The notes under the pieces are model-generated. The model ran no database searches and was not told the DNA's origin. It worked only from the letters and a program-made list of their open reading frames with translations. This document shows positions 47,812 to 58,227 of a stretch of 64,000 bases of DNA, piece by piece. Origin of the DNA: Bacteroidota bacterium. GTDB lineage: Bacteria; Bacteroidota; Bacteroidia; Bacteroidales; FEN-979. The stretch is taken from positions 17,736 through 81,735 of the forward strand of contig JAPLDO010000077.1 of the NCBI GenBank assembly GCA_026391715.1, given 5' to 3'. Within the stretch, counting starts at the first letter, position 1, and each line of letters begins with the position of its first letter. The translations under genes were made by a program, and so were the position numbers.

Positions 47812-48960
47812 GTGAAACCGATTGGAATACTGTTCGTTTTTATAATTTTCTGCAATCCCGGTATTACCCAAAACAAGATCATATCGGGCGACAGCCTGCT
47901 GCTGATTGAAAAAACATTAGAGAAACTTGATCGCAAAATTAATTTTACCGTAATCCCCGGTCCGGTTTATAATTCATCAACCCAGTTGGGATTTGCGGTA
48001 ATTCCTATGCTGGTTTACAACCTCGATAAAGCGGATACTGTTACACCGCCATCTTCCACATCAGCTTTGCTCTATTTTAACACTCACTGGAGCTGGATGT
48101 TTTCAATAAAACAGAACTTATACTGGGACCACAACAAATGGCGGGCAATTATCTCCTTTGGATATGGAAACCTGAAGTCAAAGTTTTTTGGCGCCGAGAA
48201 TGATTCAATGGTTATAAATAACAATACCGACAATTACGGTTGGATTTCGGATAAAACCCTGTTCGTAACTGCCACCTGTTATAGAAAAATTGCGGGAGGA
48301 TTTTACGGAGGACTCGAATATTCTTATAGCAGTATCTTGCAGCAGGGCGCAGATTCAGCATCTACTTCGAGAATGCTTAAAAACAATGTGCATGTTGGCA
48401 ACGATATCACGAGTATATTATCGCCTACATTTGTGTGGGATAACCGCGACGACCTTTTCTGGTCAACAAAAGGCTATTATGCGGGGCTTAATTTCAGAAA
48501 TGCCAGTAATTTATTTTTCAGTTCCCGCGATTTTCTTGTTATCGAAGCCTTTCTTAACGGGTATCACTGTTTATCGAAAAAAAGCAAACGGCTAACTCTC
48601 GCATGGCGGTTATATATCCAGGGTTGCTGGGGCGATGTGCCTTATATCCACCTTGCAAAGTATGGCGAAGGAGATGATTTCAGAGGTTATACAGGCGGGA
48701 AATATGTGAATCGTTCGAAGGCGAACCTTCAGGCAGAATTGCGTTACGATATCTGGAAATTTATCGCTGTTTCGGGTTTTCTCGGTACCGGGAAGACATT
48801 CGGGAATATTGCCAATTTTGGACAATCGGTCTGGCTTCCATCGGCAGGTATTGGCATTTACCTTAATGTAATCCCTACGAGAAATATAAGAGCATATATA
48901 AATTTCGCAATCGCGAGAGAAGACTATGGAATTTATGTCGGGTTGGGTCAGGCTTTCTGA
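47812..48960 (+). CDS. Omp85/bacterial-surface-antigen-like outer-membrane beta-barrel protein
   Basis: Signal-like N-terminus, alternating beta-strand pattern, GDDFRGYTGGKY and a terminal aromatic (GLGQAF). The start is uncertain: TTG 47782 in the track, GTG 47812 here. Confidence 0.5.
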   Translation: MKPIGILFVFIIFCNPGITQNKIISGDSLLLIEKTLEKLDRKINFTVIPGPVYNSSTQLGFAVIPMLVYNLDKADTVTPPSSTSALLYFNTHWSWMFSIKQNLYWDHNKWRAIISFGYGNLKSKFFGAENDSMVINNNTDNYGWISDKTLFVTATCYRKIAGGFYGGLEYSYSSILQQGADSASTSRMLKNNVHVGNDITSILSPTFVWDNRDDLFWSTKGYYAGLNFRNASNLFFSSRDFLVIEAFLNGYHCLSKKSKRLTLAWRLYIQGCWGDVPYIHLAKYGEGDDFRGYTGGKYVNRSKANLQAELRYDIWKFIAVSGFLGTGKTFGNIANFGQSVWLPSAGIGIYLNVIPTRNIRAYINFAIAREDYGIYVGLGQAF

Positions 48961-49009
48961 TTTCTGTATATGCAATCGGATACTCATTATTTGAAAAAAT
49001 CCTTTTCTT

Positions 49010-51364
49010 ATGAAGAATATAGTTTTAGCCTGTTTGACGCTCATTTTCGTCGCCTTAATTTCGGCAATTCCCGGATTCTCTCAATCCGAAAAAATGGCAA
49101 ATCCTGCGCCTGCTCCCGAATCGCTTACCGGGTTTGTAAATCCTTTTATCGGTACGCAGGAAATGGGGCACACCTTTCCCGGCGCCTGTACTCCTTTCGG
49201 ATTTGTGCAATTGAGTCCCGATACTGATACTATTCAATATGAAAAGGACGGCAAATACAATCCGCCTGTTTATCGCTATTGCGCCGGTTATCAGTATCTC
49301 GATAAAACCATAGTCGGTTTCAGCCACACACATTTCAACGGCGCTGGACATTCCGATCTGGGCGATTTTCTGATCATGCCCACAGTGGGAAAACTTCAGC
49401 TAAACCCAGGAACGGCTGACCATCCCGAAAATGGTTACCGTTCAGGATTCCGCAAAGAGACAGAGAAAGCGTCGCCCGGATATTACCGCGTCCACCTCGA
49501 CGACCCCGATGTTGAGGCTGAACTTACCGCCACCGCGCGGGCAGGTTTTCACAGATATACCTTCCCGGAGAGCGATAGCGCTCACATCATTCTCGATATG
49601 ATTCATGGCATTTACAATTATGAAGGCAAAATAACCTGGGCGTCTGCGAGGGTTGTGAACGACACGCTTGTAACCGGCTATCGAATCACCCGCGGATGGG
49701 CGCGTTCGAGGTACATTTACTTTGCCATGGTCTTTTCAAAACCATTCAAAACTTATGGATTGACTAACGACGAGCCATTGGTTTACCGCGGATTCTGGCG
49801 CAGGTTCAATCAGCGGGAAAATTTTCCGGAGATGGCGGGAAAGAAGATCAGGGCTCATTTCGATTTTTCCACAAAAGCCGGCGAAAAAATCCTTGTCAAA
49901 ATAGGGCTTTCATCTGTAAGCGCTGACGGCGCCTTAAAAAATCTTATGGCTGAAATACCTCATCAGGACTTTGACAAGACCAGACTCGAAGCCCTCGCCG
50001 ATTGGGAACAGGAACTTAGCCGAATCCGGATTGCAGGTTCAGATGAGCGAAAAATCAACTTTTACACCGCGTTTTACCATGTATTGCAATCACCGGTAAT
50101 TTATACCGATGTTGATGGCAAATACCGCGGCATTGATCAGGAAATTCATTACGCGGAAGGTTTTACCAACTACACAACTTTTTCCCTCTGGGATACCTAT
50201 CGCGCCGAACATCCTCTGCTTGCCCTTCTTTATCCCGGACGCACCGCCGACATGATTAACTCAATGCTGGCTCATTTTGAGCAAAGTCCCGAACAGATGT
50301 TGCCAGTTTGGTCGCATCACGGAAACGAAAACTGGTGCATGATTGGTTACCATGCGGTTCCGGTTATAGCCGATGCATATATAAAGGGAATCAGAGGTTT
50401 TGACGTGAAAAAAGCCTTCGCTGCCTGCATTGCCACTGCAACCAACAAATATTACGACGGTATCAGCGATTACATGAAGTACGGATATGTTCCTGATGAC
50501 AAATCTGCTAATTCGGCGTCGGTAACTCTGGAATATTCTTATGATGATTATACCATCTCCCGGTTTGCGCAAGCCATTCTCGATTCAAAGGAGGCTCCGA
50601 TGGATTTGAAAAAACAGGCTTCGGAAGCATTGCCGGTTTTTCAGCGGCGTTCGTTGAATTACCGCAATCTTTTCGATCCCTCCACCGGTTTTATACGCGC
50701 CAGAAAATCGGATGGCGCCTGGAAATCTCCATTCGATCCGCTCAGCGCTAACGGACAGGGTTTCATCGAGGGAAATTCCTGGAATTATTCGTTTTATGTG
50801 CCGCATGACGTGGCGCATTATATCACCATGATGGGCGGTGAAAAACCCTTTATCAGCAGGCTCGATTCGCTTTTTACCATGCATCTCGACGATAAATATT
50901 TCGCCGAAACTGAGGATATCACGCGCGACGGACTTATCGGCAATTATGTGCATGGCAACGAACCAAGTCATCACGTGGCTTACCTTTACAACTGGACTTC
51001 AAAACCCTGGAAAACGCAGGAACGAGTTCACCAGATCGTAAATACAATGTACCGCAACAAACCCGATGGTTTATGCGGCAACGACGATTGCGGGCAGATG
51101 AGCGCCTGGTATATTTTCAGTGTGCTTGGCTTTTATCCGGTTTGCCCCGGAACCGCCTCCTACGCGCTTGGGAGTCCGTGCGTGGCTGAAGCGACCATCG
51201 CCCTTCCCGGAGGAAAGACCCTGAAAATACTGGGCAACGGATTAACCGAAAAAAATATCTATGTAAAGTCGGTGACGCTGAACGGGAAAAAGCTGGAAAC
51301 GCCTTTCATTGATCATGCCGCGCTGATGGAGGGCGGAACGCTGATTTTCGATATGAAAAAATGA
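49010..51364 (+). CDS. GH92-family alpha-mannosidase
   Basis: Signal peptide and characteristic GH92 blocks FSHTHFNGAGHSDLGDF, SLWDTYRAEHPL, GNEPSHHVAYLY, CGNDDCGQMSAWYIFS. Confidence 0.9.
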   Translation: MKNIVLACLTLIFVALISAIPGFSQSEKMANPAPAPESLTGFVNPFIGTQEMGHTFPGACTPFGFVQLSPDTDTIQYEKDGKYNPPVYRYCAGYQYLDKTIVGFSHTHFNGAGHSDLGDFLIMPTVGKLQLNPGTADHPENGYRSGFRKETEKASPGYYRVHLDDPDVEAELTATARAGFHRYTFPESDSAHIILDMIHGIYNYEGKITWASARVVNDTLVTGYRITRGWARSRYIYFAMVFSKPFKTYGLTNDEPLVYRGFWRRFNQRENFPEMAGKKIRAHFDFSTKAGEKILVKIGLSSVSADGALKNLMAEIPHQDFDKTRLEALADWEQELSRIRIAGSDERKINFYTAFYHVLQSPVIYTDVDGKYRGIDQEIHYAEGFTNYTTFSLWDTYRAEHPLLALLYPGRTADMINSMLAHFEQSPEQMLPVWSHHGNENWCMIGYHAVPVIADAYIKGIRGFDVKKAFAACIATATNKYYDGISDYMKYGYVPDDKSANSASVTLEYSYDDYTISRFAQAILDSKEAPMDLKKQASEALPVFQRRSLNYRNLFDPSTGFIRARKSDGAWKSPFDPLSANGQGFIEGNSWNYSFYVPHDVAHYITMMGGEKPFISRLDSLFTMHLDDKYFAETEDITRDGLIGNYVHGNEPSHHVAYLYNWTSKPWKTQERVHQIVNTMYRNKPDGLCGNDDCGQMSAWYIFSVLGFYPVCPGTASYALGSPCVAEATIALPGGKTLKILGNGLTEKNIYVKSVTLNGKKLETPFIDHAALMEGGTLIFDMKK

Positions 51365-51389
51365 TTGCGATTATTACTTTTGAGCGCGG

Positions 51390-54300
51390 CTAATCTTTGA
51401 CGCAACGAACAGGTAAAGCATTGCTCCGTAATGAGAAATACTGCGAAACGCTGGGATTAATATCATTCAGTCCATGACTGAAAATCCTTTTACTGTCGGA
51501 TGGACTAACGGTTGACGTCCAGAAAATAGTGGCTGAAAATCCAGATGGCATAAAACTCCAGATATTATTCTGATATAATACTCCCTTGGTTTTTGCGTGA
51601 AAACCGTACAATTCGTAAGGATCTAAAAGCGCCCAACCTGCAATGCCGGCGCCCGAATGGTAGTTTAACAACTCGTCCCATTCCGATTCAGTTGCAACAT
51701 GCCATTCGGGAGGGCATAAACCCTGCCTGCCTTCTGCCGAAGCGTTGGTTGCCGGCAAATAGGTCATAAGTTCGTCCCATTGATAAAGACCGCCTGATTC
51801 GGCGCATCTCGAAGAATCGTTACCCTCGCAGTATTTCTCCACCATGCAATTGTCGGTTTGTGAGATATTACTTTCGATAAATGCGCCGTAATTGAGATTA
51901 GCCGAAATCCAGCAACGGTGAGTGTTTCCGATTAATATTGCAAAAGTCGGATAGGTCTTCATGTCGCGTAAATCGGTAAGTGTGGAATTGCAGATAAAAC
52001 CGGAAACATCATTCACCCTAAGCGCTTGTGTTTTGCTGTTTACGCAGTTGTAGCGGTTTGTATAGGTATAGGAAATTATGTGATTTGGAGGACTAACGCT
52101 CAGCGTTGAAGGATCCAGAATGTCTGTGGGAAGTTCCAATCCGTCAATACTGTAAACTCCGCCCAACGGAACGCCGCCTTTAAGTTGGAATGGTTTCGCG
52201 CCTCTCGTTGTCACCGGATCGTTGCACGACTGAAGAGTAACAACCGGGTTTGGGTTAACTGTAATGGCGGTATAACCTGAGAAGACGCCATCGCCGCAAT
52301 TACTTACCGGCTGAAACCGGATACCGGCAATGCCAATATATCCGGCATTTACGGAAACCGAAGGCGTTACGTTGCTTCCGCTGATGATGCCGGCAGATGC
52401 CGGGTTTATCTCCCAGTTGAAGGATGTTGCAAGCGGGTCGGCTCCACTAAGAATATACTGGATATTCTGCGCTGCTTCACAAACAATATTTGGCCCGCTC
52501 ACCGTTCCCGATGGCAAAGGCAGCGGAATTACCGTAAGATTTGAAGTAGCTGAGTTGACGCATAGATTTGCATCGGTATAAGCGTAGGTTATTAAATGAA
52601 CTCCTGCCCCGGATGATGGGTTGAACATACCCGTTGCCGTATTTACTCCCGCGCCCGACCAGACGCCGCCAACCGGTATTCCGCCGCCTAAAGGAAAAGC
52701 CGGATCGGTGATACAAACGTCAGCCAGAACCGATAGCTGAACTATTGGTAGAGGGTTGACGGTTAATATGCCGGTGGCTGTGTTTGTGCATCCGTTGAAA
52801 TCGCTGTAGTTATAAGTAATCGCCTGTTGCCCCGCGCCGTAAGATGGATCGAAAAAACCGGTTATCGTATTTACGCCGTTTCCCGAATAGAAACCTCCCG
52901 CAGGCATACCGCCATCCAATGGAAAAGGTGTAACCGAAATACATACTACAGGTTGCGGCGCAATCTGAACAATGGGAAGGGAGTTAACGGTAAGCGTTTT
53001 GTAATCATTATCTGAACAGCCATTCGCGTCAGCATAAGTGTATGTGATGGTGTGCGTCCCCGCCCCGGCGGAAGGATCGAAAAAGCCGGTTAAGGAATTT
53101 ACTCCCGCGCCGGAATAGATTCCTCCCAACGGCGAACCTCCGTTAAGAAGAAAAGGCGGAACCGAAATACATACTACAGGCTGCGTCGCAATATGAACAA
53201 CAGGAAGGAGGTTGACTGTAAGTATTTTTGAATTGGCGTTTGAACAGCCATTCGCATCGGAATAGGAATAGGTTATTGTGTGAGCGCCTGCGCCGGAGGA
53301 GGGATCAAAAAAACCGGTTGCGGAGTTGACTCCTACGCCGGAATAGATTCCCCCCAACGGCGTTCCGCAGGTTAAAAGAAAAGGCGGCTCGGAGATACAC
53401 GCTGCATCCTGTCCCACCATCTCAATCACCGGAATTGTATAAACGGTAAGTATTTTGGAGGAGGTATTGGCACAACCATTGGCGTCGGTAAAAGAGTACG
53501 TGATTAAATGCTGCCCCGCCCCTGAGGATGGATCGAAAAAGCCGGTTGCAGAGTTGACTCCCGCGCCTGAATAAATTCCTCCAACCGGCGTTCCGCAAGT
53601 CAACAGAAATGGCGAAGCCGAAATACAAGCGCCATCCTGACCCGACATTTGAACCACGGGGAGCGGATTTACAGGAAGCGTTTTGGAATCAGTATTTATA
53701 CAACCGTTGAAATCAGAGTAGCTATAAGTGATAGCGTAAAGTCCCGCCCCTGCGGAAGGATCGAAAAAACCTGTTAGGGAGTTCACGCCGGCGCCCGAAT
53801 AAATTCCTCCTGAAGGCGTTCCTCCGGATAACGGAAAAGGAGGAGCCGAGATGCACACTGAATCCTGTTCGGCTAACCCAACGATTGGAAGTGGGTTTAC
53901 GGTTAGAACTTTAGAATCGGAACCGCCACAACCTGCCGCATTGGAAAATGTATAAGTAATCGTATGAAGCCCTTCCCCGGAAGAAGGATCGAAAAAACCA
54001 GTCAGCGAATTAACCCCGATCCCCGAATATATGCCTCCTGTTGGCGTTCCCCCATTCAGTGGAAAAGGCGGATCAGAGATACAAACAGCAGCCTGAACTG
54101 AAAGCTGAACTGCGGGAGTTACTATTACGGTTATTGTTTGAGAAGCGGCGTTAGTGCAACCGTCGGCGTCGGAATAGGTATAGGTTATTAAATGCGGACC
54201 TAATCCCGAAGCTGGATCGAAAAAACCGGTTAATGAATTGACGCCGGAGCCTGAATAAATTCCTCCCACAGGCGTCCCTCCGGTTAGCTGAAAAGGAGGA

Positions 54301-56780
54301 TCAGATATACAAACCGTAGCCTCCAGCGCCAATTGAACCGCCGGAAGTGGAAAGACGGTAAGTGTTCTTATGGCAAAGTTGGCACAACCATTTCCATCGG
54401 TATAAGTATAAGTAATCTGATGCGCACCCGCCCCGGATGAGGGAGTGAAATAGCCGGTTAAAGAATTGACTCCGGGACCGGAATAGACTCCTCCCGGGGG
54501 CGTTCCGCCTGCCAGAGGAAATGGCGGATCCGAGATACACACAGCAGATTGCGCAGTAAGCTGAACGCCTGGAAGCGCGTAAACGGTAAGTATTTTGGAG
54601 GCTGTGCCACTGCAACCGTTTCCATCGGTAAAAGTATATGTAATCAAATGACCTCCCGCTCCGGAGGAAGGAGTGAAAAAGCCTGTTCCGGAATTTACTC
54701 CCGGTCCCGAATAAATTCCTCCCGGAGGCGCTCCTCCGTTTAATTGAAATGGCGCCACCGATATACACACAGATGGCTGCGGCGCCAACTGAACCGAAGG
54801 CGTGGAGTTAACGGTAAGGGTTTTGGAATCTGATCCAACGCAATTGTAAACATCAGTAATTGTATAAGTAATTAAGTGCGGACCTAATCCTGAAGCTGGA
54901 TTGAAAAATCCTGTTCCGGAATTTACTCCGGGTCCGGAGTAAACTCCTCCCGGCGGACTACCTCCGGTAAGAAGATACGGCGGAACGTTTGAGCAGGTTG
55001 ACGCTGGCTGGGCAAGGGTGACAATTGGCAGAGGATGCACCGTCACCGTTACAGAAGCGCTTCCAGTACAGGCATTGGCTCCCGTAACTGTAACTCCATA
55101 AGCGCCGCTCGATACAACAGATATGGATTGAGTAGTGGCTCCCGTACTCCAGAGATATGAATTGAATGTTCCGGTAACGCTGAGTTGTTGCGAAACGCCC
55201 TGGCAGAAACTTGTAACTCCGCTAATCACCGGGACGGGGGCAGGGTAATTACTCAGTTGAACCTCGTCGGACAGAATACATCCATGGTCATTCACTGTTA
55301 CAGAATATAAGCCCGGAGCGGTGACGGTGATGGTTTGAACTCCTGTTAAATATGGGTTGCCATTAAAAAACCAGGCATAGCTCAACCGGTTTGGTCCGGC
55401 GTCGAAAGTTACAGAAGTACCCGGACAGACAATCTTATCCGACCCCAGGTTCAGACTGGCAAAGTCGGAAAAATAGCCATAAGAGCATCCCGATTGTCCC
55501 GCATCATAAGTATGGATAACGCCCATGTGGAAAATATCCTGAGAATTGGTAAGAATATGCGCGCCAACGGGTAGCGTGGTAGAGGTGAAATTTATTCTGG
55601 CATATACAAACGCCGGATTTCCGGGTACTGACGAAAACATTGCCGCAGTTACAAGAGTAGAGTTTCCGTCGAGAGTGAAAGAGCCCTGCGCGCCAACCTT
55701 TGTAAGAACGATCATCTCAAAAGAAAATGATGTTGTTCGCGTAAAGGCAACCTGAGTTGATCCTGTACAGTCCATTGCGGGAAGAAGCGACGATCCTGCC
55801 TCACAACCGTAACCGGTAAGATGCCAGAGGTAAGCGGGTTTATTGGTTTGAACCGAAGAACATAAATTGATAGAAGACATACTGAAACTGTAGGAATAGC
55901 CAGCATTGATAATTGCCGCCACACTTCCGTTAACGGTAATCTGTGTGTTATCTTCGGTTGCAGTCACAAACACCCAATCGTTCACTGTGTTTGTAAATCC
56001 GCGGACAACAATATAATCAGTTCCGATAATATTAACAGGCACAATCTGATCGCCGGTAAGATCGGAACAAGGTTGCCCGGAGATATGATCCGAATCATCT
56101 TTCACGGTGATTGCCACAGGTTTATCCGAAGTGACAGTCGAGCCCATCAGATGGTCGACTCCCTGCTGCCCGACTGCCTGAGCGCTGTAAACCTGACCCT
56201 GATTCAGCGTAACTGTAAACGGCGTTCCCGCCGCGTGACCAACAATGGCTTTTCTCGGCGTTATAGTGACGATTGTGTTATCTTCTGAGGCAATGATATC
56301 AAATGAATTATAGGCGTCGGGATTAAAGTTTGGTTCATTGTAAAAAACGCTTTGCGACGGAATAAAAAAGGATGTTCCAAGCGCATTGTTGCCTTTCAAA
56401 GTAAAAATTTCAGGATTCAGATTATTGGCAACTTCATAATATACCGTTATTGGAACATTGGAATGAATATGTAATCCGAGATTCAGGATTGTATTGGGCG
56501 GTTTACATTCAACCTGGTTAATTAAGGATGTGAGGTTGACTGAAACTGTGGAATTTGCCGGAATATATACGGTTATGGGCGGGAAATTTGTTAATGTGTT
56601 GGCTGGTTCCGAAACAGTTACCGTTGCCGATTGGTTGAAGGAGGTTAATCGCAAATAGATGGGCTGATCGCCGTGACCCGAAGTTACCTCCGGAGCTGCA
56701 AACCAGAAATCGGTGTTTGTTTGCCCGAACAGAAACAGGGGAAACAGTATCAGAAGCGATAAGAAGTAAACCTGCTTCAA
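51390..56780 (-). CDS. giant (1796 aa) repetitive surface protein with a C-terminal FISUMP-like domain
   Basis: Signal peptide and an N-terminal beta-rich domain. 11-12 tandem roughly 85-aa modules (GG.P.GG.YSG.GVNS.TGFF.PSSG.G.H.ITY.Y.D.NGC). The C-terminal segment with CPPEWHVATESEWDELL and GGLYQWDELM is typical of Fibrobacter-type paralogous (FISUMP) domains. Confidence 0.85.
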   Translation of the reverse strand: MKQVYFLSLLILFPLFLFGQTNTDFWFAAPEVTSGHGDQPIYLRLTSFNQSATVTVSEPANTLTNFPPITVYIPANSTVSVNLTSLINQVECKPPNTILNLGLHIHSNVPITVYYEVANNLNPEIFTLKGNNALGTSFFIPSQSVFYNEPNFNPDAYNSFDIIASEDNTIVTITPRKAIVGHAAGTPFTVTLNQGQVYSAQAVGQQGVDHLMGSTVTSDKPVAITVKDDSDHISGQPCSDLTGDQIVPVNIIGTDYIVVRGFTNTVNDWVFVTATEDNTQITVNGSVAAIINAGYSYSFSMSSINLCSSVQTNKPAYLWHLTGYGCEAGSSLLPAMDCTGSTQVAFTRTTSFSFEMIVLTKVGAQGSFTLDGNSTLVTAAMFSSVPGNPAFVYARINFTSTTLPVGAHILTNSQDIFHMGVIHTYDAGQSGCSYGYFSDFASLNLGSDKIVCPGTSVTFDAGPNRLSYAWFFNGNPYLTGVQTITVTAPGLYSVTVNDHGCILSDEVQLSNYPAPVPVISGVTSFCQGVSQQLSVTGTFNSYLWSTGATTQSISVVSSGAYGVTVTGANACTGSASVTVTVHPLPIVTLAQPASTCSNVPPYLLTGGSPPGGVYSGPGVNSGTGFFNPASGLGPHLITYTITDVYNCVGSDSKTLTVNSTPSVQLAPQPSVCISVAPFQLNGGAPPGGIYSGPGVNSGTGFFTPSSGAGGHLITYTFTDGNGCSGTASKILTVYALPGVQLTAQSAVCISDPPFPLAGGTPPGGVYSGPGVNSLTGYFTPSSGAGAHQITYTYTDGNGCANFAIRTLTVFPLPAVQLALEATVCISDPPFQLTGGTPVGGIYSGSGVNSLTGFFDPASGLGPHLITYTYSDADGCTNAASQTITVIVTPAVQLSVQAAVCISDPPFPLNGGTPTGGIYSGIGVNSLTGFFDPSSGEGLHTITYTFSNAAGCGGSDSKVLTVNPLPIVGLAEQDSVCISAPPFPLSGGTPSGGIYSGAGVNSLTGFFDPSAGAGLYAITYSYSDFNGCINTDSKTLPVNPLPVVQMSGQDGACISASPFLLTCGTPVGGIYSGAGVNSATGFFDPSSGAGQHLITYSFTDANGCANTSSKILTVYTIPVIEMVGQDAACISEPPFLLTCGTPLGGIYSGVGVNSATGFFDPSSGAGAHTITYSYSDANGCSNANSKILTVNLLPVVHIATQPVVCISVPPFLLNGGSPLGGIYSGAGVNSLTGFFDPSAGAGTHTITYTYADANGCSDNDYKTLTVNSLPIVQIAPQPVVCISVTPFPLDGGMPAGGFYSGNGVNTITGFFDPSYGAGQQAITYNYSDFNGCTNTATGILTVNPLPIVQLSVLADVCITDPAFPLGGGIPVGGVWSGAGVNTATGMFNPSSGAGVHLITYAYTDANLCVNSATSNLTVIPLPLPSGTVSGPNIVCEAAQNIQYILSGADPLATSFNWEINPASAGIISGSNVTPSVSVNAGYIGIAGIRFQPVSNCGDGVFSGYTAITVNPNPVVTLQSCNDPVTTRGAKPFQLKGGVPLGGVYSIDGLELPTDILDPSTLSVSPPNHIISYTYTNRYNCVNSKTQALRVNDVSGFICNSTLTDLRDMKTYPTFAILIGNTHRCWISANLNYGAFIESNISQTDNCMVEKYCEGNDSSRCAESGGLYQWDELMTYLPATNASAEGRQGLCPPEWHVATESEWDELLNYHSGAGIAGWALLDPYELYGFHAKTKGVLYQNNIWSFMPSGFSATIFWTSTVSPSDSKRIFSHGLNDINPSVSQYFSLRSNALPVRCVKD
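52520..55030 (-). repeat. in-frame tandem coding repeats (about 255 nt unit, 11-12 copies) inside the 1796-aa gene
   Basis: The repeated protein module is visible in translation. Boundaries are approximate, estimated from landmark codons. Confidence 0.65.
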
Positions 56781-56891
56781 TTTTTGAAATCCGATTAAGT
56801 TTCTGTAAATCTACATAAAATTATCGAGAAGTTTTAAACGGATAATCAAAACGGGATAAAACCGCATATAAAAAATTCCAAGTCTCAATTT

Positions 56892-56990
56892 GAGCCTTCT
56901 CCGAAAAGGAAACCATTTGGACTAAAGTCCGGTAACTATCTGTTTAAAAATTGCCACGACCTTAAGGTCGTGGCAATTCGGAATGGACTC
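56892..56990 (-). repeat. dyad-symmetric MITE-like element, copy 2 (inverted orientation, one arm internally deleted)
   Basis: Matches the reverse complement of copy 1, including ctccgaaaagga, ggactaaagtcc and the central palindrome ttgccacgaccttaaggtcgtggcaa (56951-56976). About 55 nt of the other arm is missing. Confidence 0.7.
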
Positions 56991-57003
56991 AATTATCGAA
57001 AAA

Positions 57004-57408
57004 TCACCTCAGAATGAACGGTACAACGGTGGCAATCACACCTGTGCAAACAACTACCATGATGAAGAGATTATACCGTACATTGTAGTTGCCAAGCAAC
57101 GATTCATCATAATACTTGTCAACATTCTGATCTTTGTACATCAAAAGAAGTCCGTTAACAAGTTTTATTCTTGTTTGCCTTCCTTTGACGAGTCCAATAA
57201 CTACAACGATATTGACAAGGACGATCAGGCTGACAAAAACAAACATGACGAACAGAGTAGAACTTTCGGTTCTCGATTTTTCAACCAGTCCCGAATTTAC
57301 TGCAAGTGTGATAAGATTCAGAATAATTGACGTCAGAATAAAGATGATGTCGGTCCGGGTATTTTGCTGTAACTCCGAAGTGATGTGGTTGTGAACATGG
57401 GCTATCAT
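57004..57408 (-). CDS. hypothetical membrane protein (3-4 TM helices)
   Basis: 134-aa ORF with strongly hydrophobic segments; no recognisable motif. Confidence 0.45.
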   Translation of the reverse strand: MIAHVHNHITSELQQNTRTDIIFILTSIILNLITLAVNSGLVEKSRTESSTLFVMFVFVSLIVLVNIVVVIGLVKGRQTRIKLVNGLLLMYKDQNVDKYYDESLLGNYNVRYNLFIMVVVCTGVIATVVPFILR

Positions 57409-57445
57409 AATTTTCAGTTTTAAGGGTTTTTATCAAAAGTAATAA

Positions 57446-58027
57446 TTATTTTTTGGCAAAACGATGACAATATAAATCTAACATCTCATTTTCGATGGTC
57501 AGTTCTTCAAGTGGCACGGGTTGAACCTTGCTGATTTCTCCTGCCATTTTATCAATATTTTCAGTGGGTTTGAAAAGTTGGGCAATCAGGTTGGTAAGAT
57601 CAATTATTTCAACCGAAGGGTCTGCGAAATTAACTTCGTATTTGCTCACAATCATGCTGACGCCTTCTTTTTTTGCAAGCTCCTGAAGCTTATCCTTTAC
57701 AATATCTATGATAATGGTCGTTGAACCAGTTCCAAAAATCATAAGATGCAATAAATGCTGAAACGACATCGCCTGGATGGAAAGTTCTTTAATCCTTGCC
57801 GTGTCATTTGCCTTCTGGGCAGAATCATTCTGCATACTGAAAATCTTCATGTGCTGTTTGAAATAGTCAGACCTCGACCAGGCAAATGTGATTATCCGGG
57901 AATCGTATGTGCCGATTTTCAACCCGGTAGGTTTTTTCTGGGCAAAAAGCATGGTTCCCGTTGTTGCCAGGAGGAATAAAAGGATAATTGTCGCTGCGAT
58001 CTTTGATGTTGTGTAACTTGGGTTCAT
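57446..58027 (-). CDS. hypothetical secreted protein
   Basis: 193-aa ORF with an N-terminal signal/anchor IAATIILLFLLATTGTMLFA. Confidence 0.5.
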   Translation of the reverse strand: MNPSYTTSKIAATIILLFLLATTGTMLFAQKKPTGLKIGTYDSRIITFAWSRSDYFKQHMKIFSMQNDSAQKANDTARIKELSIQAMSFQHLLHLMIFGTGSTTIIIDIVKDKLQELAKKEGVSMIVSKYEVNFADPSVEIIDLTNLIAQLFKPTENIDKMAGEISKVQPVPLEELTIENEMLDLYCHRFAKK

Positions 58028-58227
58028 AGAGGCTCCTTTGTTTGATGGTTGTTTGATTTTTTTTCTAATGTTCTTTTCTTTACTTTTGGACTGATAAACG
58101 CAATTGATCTGATTGAAGCGCCAAAATTAATACGGGCAGCGCTTAACGGATTGAATTTCGGTTGTAAAACAGTTGTAAACAGTTTTACAAGGATTCTGCA
58201 TATATAAACCAAAAACTTCTGTCATCT

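Noticed and set aside
54301-54768. 155-aa and other 60-80-aa ORFs within 52300-56300 on both strands
   Set aside because: They are out-of-frame or antisense readings of the tandem coding repeats of the 1796-aa gene.
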